A stretch of 64,000 nucleotides of DNA from Flavobacteriales bacterium (lineage in GTDB: Bacteria > Bacteroidota > Bacteroidia > Flavobacteriales_F > PHOS-HE28): NCBI GenBank assembly GCA_044346705.1, contig JBIIYP010000019.1, forward strand, positions 2,369-66,368, in the 5' to 3' direction. Position numbers and translations under genes: made by a program. Below, one piece after another: positions 19,264-29,341 of the stretch. How positions within the stretch are numbered: the stretch's first letter is position 1; each line of letters begins with the position of its first letter. Under the pieces are notes generated by a model. That model was not told the origin of the DNA and made no database searches. It worked only from the letters and a program-made list of their open reading frames with translations.

Positions 19264-19671
19264 CTAGTCGTGCATCCGGCAGTCCGGGTTCCCGCCTTGG
19301 GTGAGGACCACGTGTCCGTAGGTGTACATCCAGTTCGACACGAAGCGTTCGCCATCCCAGGTCAGGGTGTCCATCCCACCATCGCCATGAAGGTCCAGCG
19401 TGAGGTGATCGCCTTGAAGACGGTAGGCGACAACTTCGGGGTCACCGAGGTAGAGGCTGTCGGCATCGATCAGCTTCGGGTCCACTGGCATGGACCAACC
19501 CCATTGTCCGGAGCGGATGGCCACGCTGTCCACGCTCACGAAGGTCCAGTCCTCGTGGTAGTGGTAGTAACTGGCGGCCCAGGTAGTGCCAGGGAGGATG
19601 GGCAGCCGGGCCGGGGGTGTGGCCAAAAGCAGAGAAAGACCGAGCATGGAAATGGAAAGTGCAGGCCCCAT
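19264..19671 (-). CDS. Hypothetical small secreted protein.
   Basis: N-terminal hydrophobic segment MGPALSISMLGLSLLLA. No known motif. Start uncertain. Confidence 0.35.
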   Translation of the reverse strand: MGPALSISMLGLSLLLATPPARLPILPGTTWAASYYHYHEDWTFVSVDSVAIRSGQWGWSMPVDPKLIDADSLYLGDPEVVAYRLQGDHLTLDLHGDGGMDTLTWDGERFVSNWMYTYGHVVLTQGGNPDCRMHD

Positions 19672-19786
19672 GCCCCCAAGGTAATCCACTGACCTTCAGC
19701 TGGGTCACACATCCCCCGGAACCGGTACCTTCGCAGCCCTTCCGGCATGCGTCCATGGGCACATGGGCACATGCGCAAATGCGCAC

Positions 19787-20359
19787 ATGGACTATTCCGC
19801 ACACCCCACCGCCGTTGTGGACGAGGGCTGCACCATCGGTGCGGGCACCCGGATCTGGCACTTCAGCCACATCATGCCGGGCTGTACCATCGGGGAGCAG
19901 TGCAACATCGGCCAGAACGTGGTGGTGAGCCCCGGCGTGAAGCTGGGCAACAACGTGAAGGTGCAGAACAACGTGAGCATCTACACCGGCGTGGAATGCG
20001 AGGACGACGTGTTCCTCGGCCCCTCGATGGTCTTCACGAACGTCATCAACCCGCGCAGTGCGGTGGCCCGGCGCGACCAGTACCTTCGCACGCTCGTGAA
20101 ACAGGGCGCATCCATCGGGGCCAACGCCACCATCGTCTGCGGGCACGACATCGGTCGGTTCGCCTTCATCGGCGCAGGCGCGGTGGTCACCAGGGAGGTG
20201 CCCGATTTCGCCCTGGTGGTGGGCAACCCCGCCCGCCAGACCGGCTGGATGAGCGAGTTCGGCCACAAGCTGAAGTTCAACGAACAGGGCGAGGCGGAAT
20301 GCCCGGAAAGCGGACAGCGCTATCGCCTTGAGAACGGCCACGTTTCCCGCACAGCCTGA
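19787..20359 (+). CDS. Hexapeptide-repeat sugar N-acetyltransferase (WbpD/WlbB-like, left-handed beta-helix).
   Basis: [24 protein letters not shown] ... hexapeptide repeats ... VVGNPARQ, ~190 aa. Confidence 0.75.
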   Translation: MDYSAHPTAVVDEGCTIGAGTRIWHFSHIMPGCTIGEQCNIGQNVVVSPGVKLGNNVKVQNNVSIYTGVECEDDVFLGPSMVFTNVINPRSAVARRDQYLRTLVKQGASIGANATIVCGHDIGRFAFIGAGAVVTREVPDFALVVGNPARQTGWMSEFGHKLKFNEQGEAECPESGQRYRLENGHVSRTA

Positions 20360-20367
20360 ACTGGACC

Positions 20368-21408
20368 ATGAGCACAACCCCCACGGATAAGATCAGGTTC
20401 GCCGTCATCGGCTGCGGCCACATCGGCAAGCGCCACGCCGAGATGATCGCCCGCAACCCGGACTGCGCTCTGGTCGCGCTCTGCGACATCCGGCCCAAGG
20501 CCGACCTGGGCATCGAAGCGCATGAGGCGCCCTTCTTCCAGGATGCGGAGGAGATGCTGAAGACCATCCCCGGCATCGACGTGGTGAACGTGTGCAGCCC
20601 CAACGGCCTGCACGCCCCGCACAGCCTGTTGGCCCTCAACCATCGCAAGCACGTGGTCTGCGAGAAGCCCATGGGCCTCAGCAAGGCCGACTGCGAAGCG
20701 GTGATCTACAAGGCCCTGCAGGTGCACCGCAACGTCTTCGGTGTGATGCAGAACCGCTACAGTCCGCCCAGTCAATGGATCAAGGGCTTGGTGGATCAGG
20801 GCCTGCTCGGCGACGTCTTCCTGGTGCAGGTCAACTGCTACTGGAACCGCGATGAACGTTATTACAAGAAGGGCACCTGGAAGGGCAGCCTCGACCTCGA
20901 TGGGGGTACGCTCTTCACGCAGTTCAGTCACTTCATCGACATCCTGTACTGGCTGTTCGGCGACATCACCGACATCCAGGGTAAGTTCGCGGACTTCAAC
21001 CATGAGCACCTCACCCAGTTCGAGGACAGCGGCCTGGTGAACTTCCGCCTCATGAACGGCGGCATGGGCTGCCTGAACTACAGCACCAGCGTGTGGGACC
21101 GGAACCTGGAGAGCAGCATGACCATCATCGGCTCCAAGGGCAGCGTGAAGATCGGCGGGCAGTACATGGACCAGGTGGAGTACTGCCACATCAAGGACTA
21201 CACCATGCCGGAGCTGGCGCCCACCAACCCGGCCAATGACTACGGTGCGTACAAGGGCAGTGCGCAGAACCACCACTACATCATCCAGAACGTGGTGGAG
21301 ACCTTGAAAGGAAGCAACACGATGACCACCAACGCCCTCGAAGGACTGAAGGTGGTCGAGATCATTGAACGCATTTACGAGAAGCGGGATGAGCAGCAGT
21401 CTTTATGA
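20368..21408 (+). CDS. Gfo/Idh/MocA family NAD-dependent oxidoreductase (WbpB-like UDP-sugar 3-dehydrogenase).
   Basis: IRFAVIGCGHIGKRHAEMI Rossmann N-terminus ... EKPMGLS ... with a C-terminal GFO_IDH_MocA_C-like region. Confidence 0.8.
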   Translation: MSTTPTDKIRFAVIGCGHIGKRHAEMIARNPDCALVALCDIRPKADLGIEAHEAPFFQDAEEMLKTIPGIDVVNVCSPNGLHAPHSLLALNHRKHVVCEKPMGLSKADCEAVIYKALQVHRNVFGVMQNRYSPPSQWIKGLVDQGLLGDVFLVQVNCYWNRDERYYKKGTWKGSLDLDGGTLFTQFSHFIDILYWLFGDITDIQGKFADFNHEHLTQFEDSGLVNFRLMNGGMGCLNYSTSVWDRNLESSMTIIGSKGSVKIGGQYMDQVEYCHIKDYTMPELAPTNPANDYGAYKGSAQNHHYIIQNVVETLKGSNTMTTNALEGLKVVEIIERIYEKRDEQQSL

Positions 21409-22690
21409 CCGGATGGTCGCCAAGGAGGCGAAACTGGCGGTGATCGGCCTGGGATACGTGGGCCTTCCCATCGCATTGGCCTTCGCGCGCAAGCTGAGGG
21501 TGGTCGGCTTCGACATCAACCAGAAGCGCGTGGACATGATGCGCCGCAACGAGGACCCCAGCAACGAGCTGGCCGCGTCCGAGTTCGAGGGCTGCGACAT
21601 CCACTTCACCGCCGACCTGGAGGACCTCCGCGACGTGGAGTTCTTCATCGTGGCCGTGCCCACGCCCATCGACGACCAGAACATCCCCGACCTGGGTCCC
21701 TTGCTGGGCGCCACGCGCACCGTGGGACAGGTGCTGAAGAAGGGTGACCACGTGGTGTACGAGAGCACCGTCTATCCTGGCTGCACCGAGGAGGACTGCG
21801 TGCCCCTGTTGGAACGCCTCAGCAACCTGAAGTTCGTGGACGACTTCAAGGTGGGCTACAGCCCCGAGCGCATCAATCCGGGCGACAAGGAGCACACGCT
21901 GGAGCGCATCGTGAAGGTGACCAGCGGCTGCGATGCGGAGAGCGCCGAGACCGTGGCGAAGGTGTACGAGCTGGTGGTGAAGGCCGGTGTGCACCGCGCG
22001 GCCAGCATCAAGGTGGCCGAGGCCGCCAAGATCATTGAGAACACGCAGCGCGACGTCAACATCGCGCTCACCAACGAGCTCTCGATCATCTTCAACCGCA
22101 TGGGCATCAACACCTATGACGTGCTGGAGGCCGCGGGCACCAAGTGGAACTTCCTGAAGTTCCAGCCGGGCCTCGTGGGCGGCCACTGCATCGGCGTGGA
22201 CCCCTACTACCTCGTCTACAAGGCGAAGGAGCTCGGGTACCACGCGCAGATCATCGACGCCGGGCGCTTCGTGAACGACAGCATGGGCGGCTACGTGGCC
22301 AAGCAGACGGTGAAGAAGATCATCGCCACCGGCAAGAACCCCGCCGAGGCCCGCGTGCTGGTGATGGGTGCCACCTTCAAGGAGAACGTCACCGACATCC
22401 GCAACAGCAAGGTGATCGATGTGGTGCGCGAGCTCACCAGCTTCAGCTGCCAGGTCGACGTGACCGACCCCCATGCCGACAGCAACGAGGTGAAGCACGA
22501 GTACGGCTATTCCCTCGCCAAGGAGATGAAGGGACCCTACGATGCCATCATCGTCGCCGTGAACCACAGCGAGTACGCCAACAAGGACGAGGCCTGGTTC
22601 AAGTCCATGCTGACCCCGAAAGGCATCCTCGTGGACCTGAAGGGCGTCTTCCGGAAGAAGGTGAAGGACATTACGTATTGGAGCCTGTGA
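21389..22690 (+). CDS. UDP-N-acetyl-D-glucosamine / UDP-ManNAc 6-dehydrogenase (WbpA/WecC/TviB-like nucleotide-sugar dehydrogenase).
   Basis: KLAVIGLGYVGLPIALAFA ... GGHCIGVDPYYL catalytic Cys, ~430 aa. The start is either 21389 (overlapping the upstream gene by 20 nt) or 21413. Confidence 0.8.
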   Translation: MSSSLYDRMVAKEAKLAVIGLGYVGLPIALAFARKLRVVGFDINQKRVDMMRRNEDPSNELAASEFEGCDIHFTADLEDLRDVEFFIVAVPTPIDDQNIPDLGPLLGATRTVGQVLKKGDHVVYESTVYPGCTEEDCVPLLERLSNLKFVDDFKVGYSPERINPGDKEHTLERIVKVTSGCDAESAETVAKVYELVVKAGVHRAASIKVAEAAKIIENTQRDVNIALTNELSIIFNRMGINTYDVLEAAGTKWNFLKFQPGLVGGHCIGVDPYYLVYKAKELGYHAQIIDAGRFVNDSMGGYVAKQTVKKIIATGKNPAEARVLVMGATFKENVTDIRNSKVIDVVRELTSFSCQVDVTDPHADSNEVKHEYGYSLAKEMKGPYDAIIVAVNHSEYANKDEAWFKSMLTPKGILVDLKGVFRKKVKDITYWSL

Positions 22691-23748
22691 GCGCAAAGCG
22701 GAACATCCTCATCACCGGTGGCGCCGGCTTCATCGGCAGCCATGTGGTGCGGCGCTTCATCACGAAGTATCCTCACTACCGCATCATCAACCTCGATGCG
22801 CTTACCTACGCGGGCAACCTGGAGAACCTGCGCGACATCGAGGCTTCGCCGAACTACACCTTCGTCAAGGGCGACATCCGCGATGCCGAACTGCTCAAGC
22901 ATGTCTTCGCCGAGCATGCCATCGACGGTGTGATCCACCTCGCCGCCGAGAGCCACGTGGACCGGAGCATCAGCGACCCGATGGCCTTCGTGAATACGAA
23001 CGTTATCGGAACGGTCACGCTGCTCAATGTTGCGAAAGAGGCCTGGAATGGCAATTTCGAGGGCAAGCGATTCTACCACGTGAGCACCGATGAAGTGTAC
23101 GGTTCCCTCCACGACGACAGCCTCTTCCTGGAGACGACGCCGTACGATCCGCAGAGCCCGTACAGCGCCAGCAAGGCCGCGAGCGATCACTTCGTCCGCG
23201 CCTACGGCAATACCTACAAGCTGCCCTTCGTCCTGACGAACTGCAGCAACAATTACGGCAGCCACCACTTCCCAGAGAAGTTGATCCCGCTCATGATCAA
23301 CAACATCCGCACGAACCGTCCGCTGCCGGTCTATGGCAAGGGCGAGAACGTGCGCGACTGGCTGTGGGTGGAGGATCATGCGATCGCCATCGATACCGTC
23401 TTCCACAGCGGGAAGGACTTCGAGACCTACAACATCGGCGGGCATAACGAGTGGAAGAACATCGACCTGGTGCACCTGCTCTGCCGCATCATGGACCGCA
23501 AGTTGGGTCGCACGGAAGGCACGAGCGCGAAGCTCATCACCTACGTCACCGACCGCGCCGGGCACGACCTGCGCTACGCCATCGACGCCTCCAAGATCGA
23601 GCACGAGCTGGGGTGGAAGCCGAGCATCACCTTCGAGGAGGGCCTGGAGCGCACCGTGGATTGGTACCTGGCGAACACCGCCTGGCTGGAGCATGTGACC
23701 AGCGGGGCCTACCTTCACTATTACGCGGACCAGTACGCCAAGCGGTGA
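22687..23748 (+). CDS. rfbB: dTDP-glucose 4,6-dehydratase.
   Basis: ILITGGAGFIGSH ... YSASKAASDHFVRAY ... NCSNNYGSHHFPEKLIP hallmark. GTG start overlapping the upstream stop (GTGA). Confidence 0.85.
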   Translation: MSAKRNILITGGAGFIGSHVVRRFITKYPHYRIINLDALTYAGNLENLRDIEASPNYTFVKGDIRDAELLKHVFAEHAIDGVIHLAAESHVDRSISDPMAFVNTNVIGTVTLLNVAKEAWNGNFEGKRFYHVSTDEVYGSLHDDSLFLETTPYDPQSPYSASKAASDHFVRAYGNTYKLPFVLTNCSNNYGSHHFPEKLIPLMINNIRTNRPLPVYGKGENVRDWLWVEDHAIAIDTVFHSGKDFETYNIGGHNEWKNIDLVHLLCRIMDRKLGRTEGTSAKLITYVTDRAGHDLRYAIDASKIEHELGWKPSITFEEGLERTVDWYLANTAWLEHVTSGAYLHYYADQYAKR

Positions 23749-23752
23749 GGCC

Positions 23753-24502
23753 ATGGGCATCTTCAGCAACCTCTTCGGAAAAAAGGGACCGGAACTCGGT
23801 CCGGTGGATCTGGGTGTGCTCGGTGCCGATATGCACAGCCACTTCATCCCCGGCATCGACGACGGTGCGCCTACGTTGGAGGCCAGCCTGGAGCTGATCC
23901 GCGCCATGAGCGAGCTGGGCTACCGCAAGGTCATCACCACCCCGCACGTGATGTCGGACGGTTACAGGAACACGCAGGAGATCATCCTCGGTGGCCTGGA
24001 GAAGGTGCGTGAAGCCGTGAAGGCGGAGGGGCTTCCGATCGAGGTGGAGGCCGCTGCTGAATATTACCTGGACCACGAACTGGAGAACAAGGTCACGGCG
24101 GGTGAAGTGCTCACCTTCGGCGACAAGCTGCTGCTGTTCGAGCTGCCCTTCATCTCCGAGCCGCACGTGCTCTTCAGCGTGGTCTTCGCCATGCAGACGC
24201 AAGGCTACCGGCCCGTGCTCGCCCACCCCGAACGCTACGCCTTCTGGCACACCGACATCAGCAGTGCGGAGAAGCTCAAGGAACGCGGTGTGCTCTTCCA
24301 GCTGAACACCGTTGCCCTCATGGGCGCCTATGGCCCCGGTGTGCGCAAGGCCGCTGAGAAGTACATCGATCTGGGATGGTACGAGCTGCTCGGCAGTGAC
24401 TGCCACAAGATGGACCACATCCACGCCATCCGTGCGGCCCTCACCGAACCCTACCTGCACAAGCTGTTGGACAGTGGTCGGCTCATGAACCCTTCGCTCT
24501 GA
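23753..24502 (+). CDS. CpsB/CapC family Mn-dependent protein-tyrosine phosphatase (PHP domain).
   Basis: DMHSHFIPGIDDGA ... TPHV ... AHPERY motifs of the YwqE/CpsB family. Confidence 0.8.
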   Translation: MGIFSNLFGKKGPELGPVDLGVLGADMHSHFIPGIDDGAPTLEASLELIRAMSELGYRKVITTPHVMSDGYRNTQEIILGGLEKVREAVKAEGLPIEVEAAAEYYLDHELENKVTAGEVLTFGDKLLLFELPFISEPHVLFSVVFAMQTQGYRPVLAHPERYAFWHTDISSAEKLKERGVLFQLNTVALMGAYGPGVRKAAEKYIDLGWYELLGSDCHKMDHIHAIRAALTEPYLHKLLDSGRLMNPSL

Positions 24503-24504
24503 TC

Positions 24505-25665
24505 ATGGGCGGTCCTGGCGGCACCGCGAAGGACCTGCGCTTCCGGCTGGTGAAGGCCGTGGGGCGTTTGCTGCACCCGCTGATCCGCAAGCTCGACCTG
24601 CGCGCGCACCCGCTGCCCGGCCAGGTGACGCTGCTGCCCAAGCGCACCGTGCGCTGGGACCTGTCGAAGCTGACCTGGATCGGCCCCGAACCCTTCTGGT
24701 CGGCCCAGCGTGAATATACACTGGATGCGGCCTACCGCGTGGAACTGCGCGATGCGGAAATGATCGGCCATGGCGTGGTGATCACCAAGAAAGGGGAGGC
24801 CGTTCTCGAGTCCACCTTGTTCCAACAGAGCTACCTGCGTCGCAGCCATGTGGAACACCTCATCGTCGGCCGCCGCTTTCTGGACACCGAACGCTTCGAT
24901 GCGGTGGTGCCGTTGACGAATTTCCTCGACCTGAGCTATTTCCACTGGACGCTGGAGGCCTTGGGGCGCTTGGCGTTGGTGGAGGATCAGCTGAAGGATC
25001 CGGTGTGGAAGGTGCTGATCAGCGAGCGGGAGCACCGCTACCTGCGCAACACCATCGCCTTCCTCTTCGGGTTGGAGGACTCGCGCGTGGTGTCGAGCAC
25101 CGCGAAGCGCAAGGTGATGGCGCGCTGCCTGATGGTGAGCAACCCGCATTCGCGCAGCGTGCCGGGGGCGGGCGTGGAGGTGTATCCGCCCGAGCACCTG
25201 CGCTGGCTGAACACGCGCGGGCACGAACGCATCGGCGGGGTGCGGCCCGAACGGCGCAACATCGTCATCTCCCGCCGCAAGCAGATCGGCCGCAAGATCA
25301 CCAACGAAGAGGTGCTGCTGCAGCGCTTCCCGCAACTGGACCTGGAGTTCGTGACGCTGGAGGACCTCGACGTGCGGGAGCAGGTGGACACCTTCGCGCA
25401 TGCCGGGGTGATCATCGCCGTTCATGGGGCCGGGCTCGCCAACCTGGTGTACGCCACCGATGCTGCGGTGATCGAGCTGTACCCCACAGCACTTCAGGCC
25501 AAGAACAGCGCCTACTTCGTGCAGATCGCCGCCTGCCTCGGCCTGTCGCATCTGGTGCTCCACTACGAAGGCACGGGACCCGCACCGCACTGGGACGCCA
25601 CGCTCACCACCGAGCAGCTGGACCACATGGAAAGCTTCCTGCGGGCGCAGGGGAAGGTGGGCTAG
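24505..25665 (+). CDS. Glycosyltransferase family 61 / DUF563 protein.
   Basis: 386 aa. C-terminal AVHGAGLANLVYA ... DAAVIELYP segment typical of DUF563/GT61. Tight 2-nt spacing to cpsB. Confidence 0.55.
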   Translation: MGGPGGTAKDLRFRLVKAVGRLLHPLIRKLDLRAHPLPGQVTLLPKRTVRWDLSKLTWIGPEPFWSAQREYTLDAAYRVELRDAEMIGHGVVITKKGEAVLESTLFQQSYLRRSHVEHLIVGRRFLDTERFDAVVPLTNFLDLSYFHWTLEALGRLALVEDQLKDPVWKVLISEREHRYLRNTIAFLFGLEDSRVVSSTAKRKVMARCLMVSNPHSRSVPGAGVEVYPPEHLRWLNTRGHERIGGVRPERRNIVISRRKQIGRKITNEEVLLQRFPQLDLEFVTLEDLDVREQVDTFAHAGVIIAVHGAGLANLVYATDAAVIELYPTALQAKNSAYFVQIAACLGLSHLVLHYEGTGPAPHWDATLTTEQLDHMESFLRAQGKVG

Positions 25666-25699
25666 GGTCGCATGCCCGGCTTGTTATCTTCGTTCTACC

Positions 25700-25984
25700 A
25701 TGACCGTTCAGCAGCGGAAGAACCAACTGAAGAAGCTCATCGACGCGGAGAAGGACCCCGTCGTGTTGGAGCAGGTGGCCAAGGTGTTGGCGAAGCACCC
25801 GGTGCGACCCGTGCGCCAGAGCGCCTTGGTGAAGCGCGCCCTCAAGGCAGAAGAGGACTACAAGGCTGGGCGTTACCAGGCTTGGGAAGAGGTAAGCACC
25901 GAGATGGATGCGTTGATCGATCGGTTGTACGCCAAGCCGAAGAAGACCAGCAAGCGGGTGCCGTCAGGAACTCGTCGCGCGTGA
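25700..25984 (+). CDS. Putative antitoxin (addiction-module partner of the ParE-like toxin).
   Basis: 94 aa, helical, AT-richer. Its stop overlaps the downstream toxin start (gcGTGA). Confidence 0.45.
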   Translation: MTVQQRKNQLKKLIDAEKDPVVLEQVAKVLAKHPVRPVRQSALVKRALKAEEDYKAGRYQAWEEVSTEMDALIDRLYAKPKKTSKRVPSGTRRA

Positions 25985-26280
25985 AAGTCGTCCTCACAGC
26001 GGACGCAAAACGATCACTGGCGCGGACCATTCGTACGCTGGCCAGGATCTATTCCAAGGGGTACCTTACGAAGTTGAAGAAGCAAGTGGATGAGCAGGTT
26101 GATTGGCTTGCGGATCATCCTTTGGCCGGGGCCTTCGAACCGGAACTTGAACAGCTCGGACAAGGTCACCGGCGATGGGTGGTCGGTCCCATAAAGCTGG
26201 TCTATCGCGTAACAGGTGGGACCATACTCGTCACGGACATTTTCGATTCGCGGAGAGACCCCAAGCGGATGAAGGGGTGA
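25981..26280 (+). CDS. Type II toxin-antitoxin system RelE/ParE family toxin.
   Basis: About 99 aa. ... IKLVYRVTGGTILVTDIFDSRRDPKRMKG C-terminus matches Bacteroidota ParE-like toxins. GTG start coupled to the antitoxin stop. Confidence 0.65.
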   Translation: MKVVLTADAKRSLARTIRTLARIYSKGYLTKLKKQVDEQVDWLADHPLAGAFEPELEQLGQGHRRWVVGPIKLVYRVTGGTILVTDIFDSRRDPKRMKG

Positions 26281-26320
26281 GGCATCAGGGTCCACTGCGT
26301 GAGACCCGGATGGAAATTCA

Positions 26321-26548
26321 GCGGTGCCGGTCCAATTCAAGCCCACTGCGAACCTTGATATCCTGTATATCCGCTGCCGTGAAAGAGGTGTCGGGAGAAC
26401 GGTCGACTTCATAGATCATATCACCCATGATGACAACGCGTTCGAAGGCACGTCCGTCGTTCAGCACGACCCGAGCGATCTGGTAGTCCATACCGGTCTC
26501 CGGTTGTTGGATCAGATGGCGCACCCAGCGATCGCCGAGCTTCAGCAT
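26321..26548 (-). CDS. Small hypothetical protein (75 aa).
   Basis: ATG-initiated ORF whose start overlaps the fabD stop by 1 nt. Lies in an AT-richer islet. No motif recognised. Confidence 0.3.
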
Positions 26549-27420
26549 CACGCCGCCGCCGTCTCCAGCTCCTTGCTCACCTTCTTGAATAGGCCCTGGA
26601 GCACGTTGCCGGGTCCCACTTCCACCACGCGGGTGGCGCCGTCGGCCAGCATGTGCTGCATGGTCTGGGTCCAGCGCACGGGCGCGGTGAGCTGCGCGAT
26701 GAGGTTGGCTTTGATGCGCGCGGGGTCCTTGTGGGCGCGGCCGTCCACGTTCTGGTAGATGGGGCAGCGCGGGTCCACGATCGGCGTGTAGGCGATGGCG
26801 GTGGCGAGCTCGGCGCGGGCGGGTTCCATCAGCGGGCTGTGGAAGGCACCGCCGACGGGCAGCACCAGGGCGCGTTTGGCGCCGGCGGCCTTCAGGGCCT
26901 CGCAAGCGGCGTTGATCCCGTCCACCGTACCGCTGATCACCAGCTGGCCGGGGCAGTTGTAGTTGGCGGGTACCACACCGGGGATGGTGGCGCAGATCTC
27001 CTCCACCTTCGCGTCGTCCATGCCCAGGATGGCGGCCATGGTGCCGGGCTGCAGCTCGCAGGCCTTCTGCATGGCATTGGCGCGCGCGGCCACCAGCTTC
27101 AGGCCGTCACTGAACTCCATAGCCCCGGCGGCCACCAAGGCACTGAACTCGCCGAGGCTGTGCCCCGCCACCATGTTCGGTTGGAAGGCATCGCCCATCA
27201 CCTTCGCCTTGATCACGCTGTGCAGGAAGATGGCCGGCTGGGTGACGTTGGTGCGCTTCAGGTCCTCCTCGGTGCCGTTGAACATCACATCGGTGATGGT
27301 GAAGCCGAGGATGTTGTTGGCGTGCTCGAAGAACACCCGGGCGTTGGCGTCGCTCTCGTAGAGCTCCTTGGCCATGCCGGGGAACTGGCTGCCTTGTCCG
27401 GGGAAGACGTATGCGGTCAT
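26548..27420 (-). CDS. fabD: ACP S-malonyltransferase.
   Basis: FPGQGSQ ... GHSLGEFSAL ... GGAFHSPLM catalytic motifs, 290 aa. Confidence 0.9.
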   Translation of the reverse strand: MTAYVFPGQGSQFPGMAKELYESDANARVFFEHANNILGFTITDVMFNGTEEDLKRTNVTQPAIFLHSVIKAKVMGDAFQPNMVAGHSLGEFSALVAAGAMEFSDGLKLVAARANAMQKACELQPGTMAAILGMDDAKVEEICATIPGVVPANYNCPGQLVISGTVDGINAACEALKAAGAKRALVLPVGGAFHSPLMEPARAELATAIAYTPIVDPRCPIYQNVDGRAHKDPARIKANLIAQLTAPVRWTQTMQHMLADGATRVVEVGPGNVLQGLFKKVSKELETAAA

Positions 27421-27500
27421 GGGGAATGGTCTTGGGCCGAAAGTACAAGGTCCGGGGCCTTGCGCGAAGGACCCGGACCTTGGGAAGGGGTAGGCAGGGG

Positions 27501-28238
27501 TCAGTTCCTGCGGTTGCCGAACAGGCGCAGGAGCATGAGGAAGAGGTTGATGAAGTCCAGGTACAGGCGGAGGGCGCCCATCAAGGCCATTTTCCGGGCC
27601 TGTTCAGTGCCGGCCGGGATGGAGCTGCCCATCACCTTCAACTTCTGCATGTCGTAGGCGGTGAGCCCTGTGAACACCACCACCCCGATGATGCTGATGA
27701 TGTAGTCCATGGTGGCGCTGCCCAGGAACATGTTGATCAGCGAGGCGATCACGATGCCGATGAGGCCGATCATCAGCAGGCTGCCGAGCTTGGTGAGGTC
27801 GGTCTTCGTGGTGTAGCCGGCCACGGCCATCACACTGAACACCACCGCCGAGAAAAAGAACACATTGGCAATGCTCGATGCGGTGTAGGCCAGGAAGATG
27901 TAGGACAGGCTCATGCCGGTGAGCACCGAATACACCACGAAGACGGCGGTGAGGGCCGTTGCGCTCAGCCGTTCCAGCATGGCGCTCATCAGCAGCACCA
28001 GGCCCACCGGGGCGAAGAGCACCACCCAGCCCAGGATGGTCTGCCCGCCGGTCTCGAAGTTCACCAGATACTGGAGCACGCTCTCATCATGCGCGAACCA
28101 CCAGGCCACACCGCCGCTGAGCACCAGGGCCACGGCCATGAAGGAGAATACGCTGGTAAGGAAGGAACGCAGGTCCGTGAGCACGGGGGCCTGAACGAAG
28201 TTGCCGGTGGGGTTGGTCGGGTAGGTGCTGTTGTCCAT
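27501..28238 (-). CDS. Bax inhibitor-1 / YccA family membrane protein.
   Basis: About 245 aa with seven hydrophobic helices and the basic C-terminus RLFGNRRN typical of the BI-1 family. Confidence 0.75.
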   Translation of the reverse strand: MDNSTYPTNPTGNFVQAPVLTDLRSFLTSVFSFMAVALVLSGGVAWWFAHDESVLQYLVNFETGGQTILGWVVLFAPVGLVLLMSAMLERLSATALTAVFVVYSVLTGMSLSYIFLAYTASSIANVFFFSAVVFSVMAVAGYTTKTDLTKLGSLLMIGLIGIVIASLINMFLGSATMDYIISIIGVVVFTGLTAYDMQKLKVMGSSIPAGTEQARKMALMGALRLYLDFINLFLMLLRLFGNRRN

Positions 28239-28272
28239 GCGTTGCTCGCCGAAGCTCGGCGAAGGCGTTTGG

Positions 28273-28932
28273 TCAGTGAAGCTTGGCGCTGATGAGCTTG
28301 ATGAATTCCTCCCGCGTGCGGTTGTCCGTGAGGAAGATGCCGGTGAAGGCACTGGTGGTGGTCACCGAGTTCTGCTTCTGGATGCCGCGCATCTGCATGC
28401 AGAGGTGGGCGCACTCCATCACCACGGCCACGCCCATGGGCTTCAGGGTGTCCTGGATGCAGTCGCGGATCTCGTTGGTGAGGCGCTCCTGCACCTGCAG
28501 GCGGCGGGCGTAGGCGTCCACCACGCGGGGGATCTTGCTGAGGCCGGTGATGCGGCCCTTGGGGATGTAGGCCACGTGCGCCTTGCCGAAGAATGGCAGC
28601 ATGTGGTGCTCACACATGCTGTACACCTCGATGTCCTTCACCACCACCATCTGGCTGTAGTCCTCCTTGAACATGGCGCTGCGCAGGATGGCCGCGGGGT
28701 CCAGGTCGTAGCCGTGGGTGAGGTATTGCAACGCCTTGGCCACACGCTCGGGGGTCTTCGCCAGGCCTTCGCGCTTCGGATCCTCCCCGATGGCCTTCAG
28801 GATGTCGCCGTAGTGGTCGCCGATGCGACGCACGATCTTCGGGTCGTACTGGTCGATGCGGGTGTAGCTGTCCACCACCTCCTCCGGACCGGTGCCCTTC
28901 GCCTTGGGCGTGCGCTTAGCCTTGGCCGCCAT
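28273..28932 (-). CDS. folE: GTP cyclohydrolase I.
   Basis: [21 protein letters not shown] and [14 protein letters not shown] signature motifs. Confidence 0.9.
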   Translation of the reverse strand: MAAKAKRTPKAKGTGPEEVVDSYTRIDQYDPKIVRRIGDHYGDILKAIGEDPKREGLAKTPERVAKALQYLTHGYDLDPAAILRSAMFKEDYSQMVVVKDIEVYSMCEHHMLPFFGKAHVAYIPKGRITGLSKIPRVVDAYARRLQVQERLTNEIRDCIQDTLKPMGVAVVMECAHLCMQMRGIQKQNSVTTTSAFTGIFLTDNRTREEFIKLISAKLH

Positions 28933-29341
28933 AGTATTCCACGTGGTTGTTCTCGGTCTCCTGCAATTTCACGCAGTGCAGCGTGGCGCCCATCGCGGTC
29001 ACCGGCGCTTCCAGCTGTTCCCAGATGGCGATGGCCAGGTTCTCGGTGCTGCTGTACTTGCCCTTCATGAAGGGCACATCGAGGTCCAGGTTCTTGTGGT
29101 CCACATGCTGGATCACCTTGTCCTTGATGATGTGGCCGAGCGCGCTGAGGTCGACGACGAAGCTGGTCTCCGGGTCCGGCTCGCCCTTCACGGTCACCCA
29201 CAGGTCGTAGTTGTGGCCATGGCCGTTGGGGTTGGCGCACTTGCCGAAGACCTCGAAGTTCTTCGCTTCGCTCCAGTCGGGTCGGCTGAGGCGGTGGCTG
29301 GCGCTGAAGCGTTCGCGCCGGCTGATGTGGATGAGGGACAT
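28916..29341 (-). CDS. queD: 6-carboxy-5,6,7,8-tetrahydropterin synthase / 6-pyruvoyl-tetrahydropterin synthase.
   Basis: RFSASHRL ... [11 protein letters not shown] ... [16 protein letters not shown], 141 aa. Overlaps the folE start by 17 nt. Confidence 0.85.
   Translation of the reverse strand: MSLIHISRRERFSASHRLSRPDWSEAKNFEVFGKCANPNGHGHNYDLWVTVKGEPDPETSFVVDLSALGHIIKDKVIQHVDHKNLDLDVPFMKGKYSSTENLAIAIWEQLEAPVTAMGATLHCVKLQETENNHVEYYGGQG

Noticed and set aside
21362-23907. Minus-strand ORFs of 444 aa and 456 aa.
   Set aside because: They are antisense to the nucleotide-sugar dehydrogenase and rfbB, which have unambiguous motifs.
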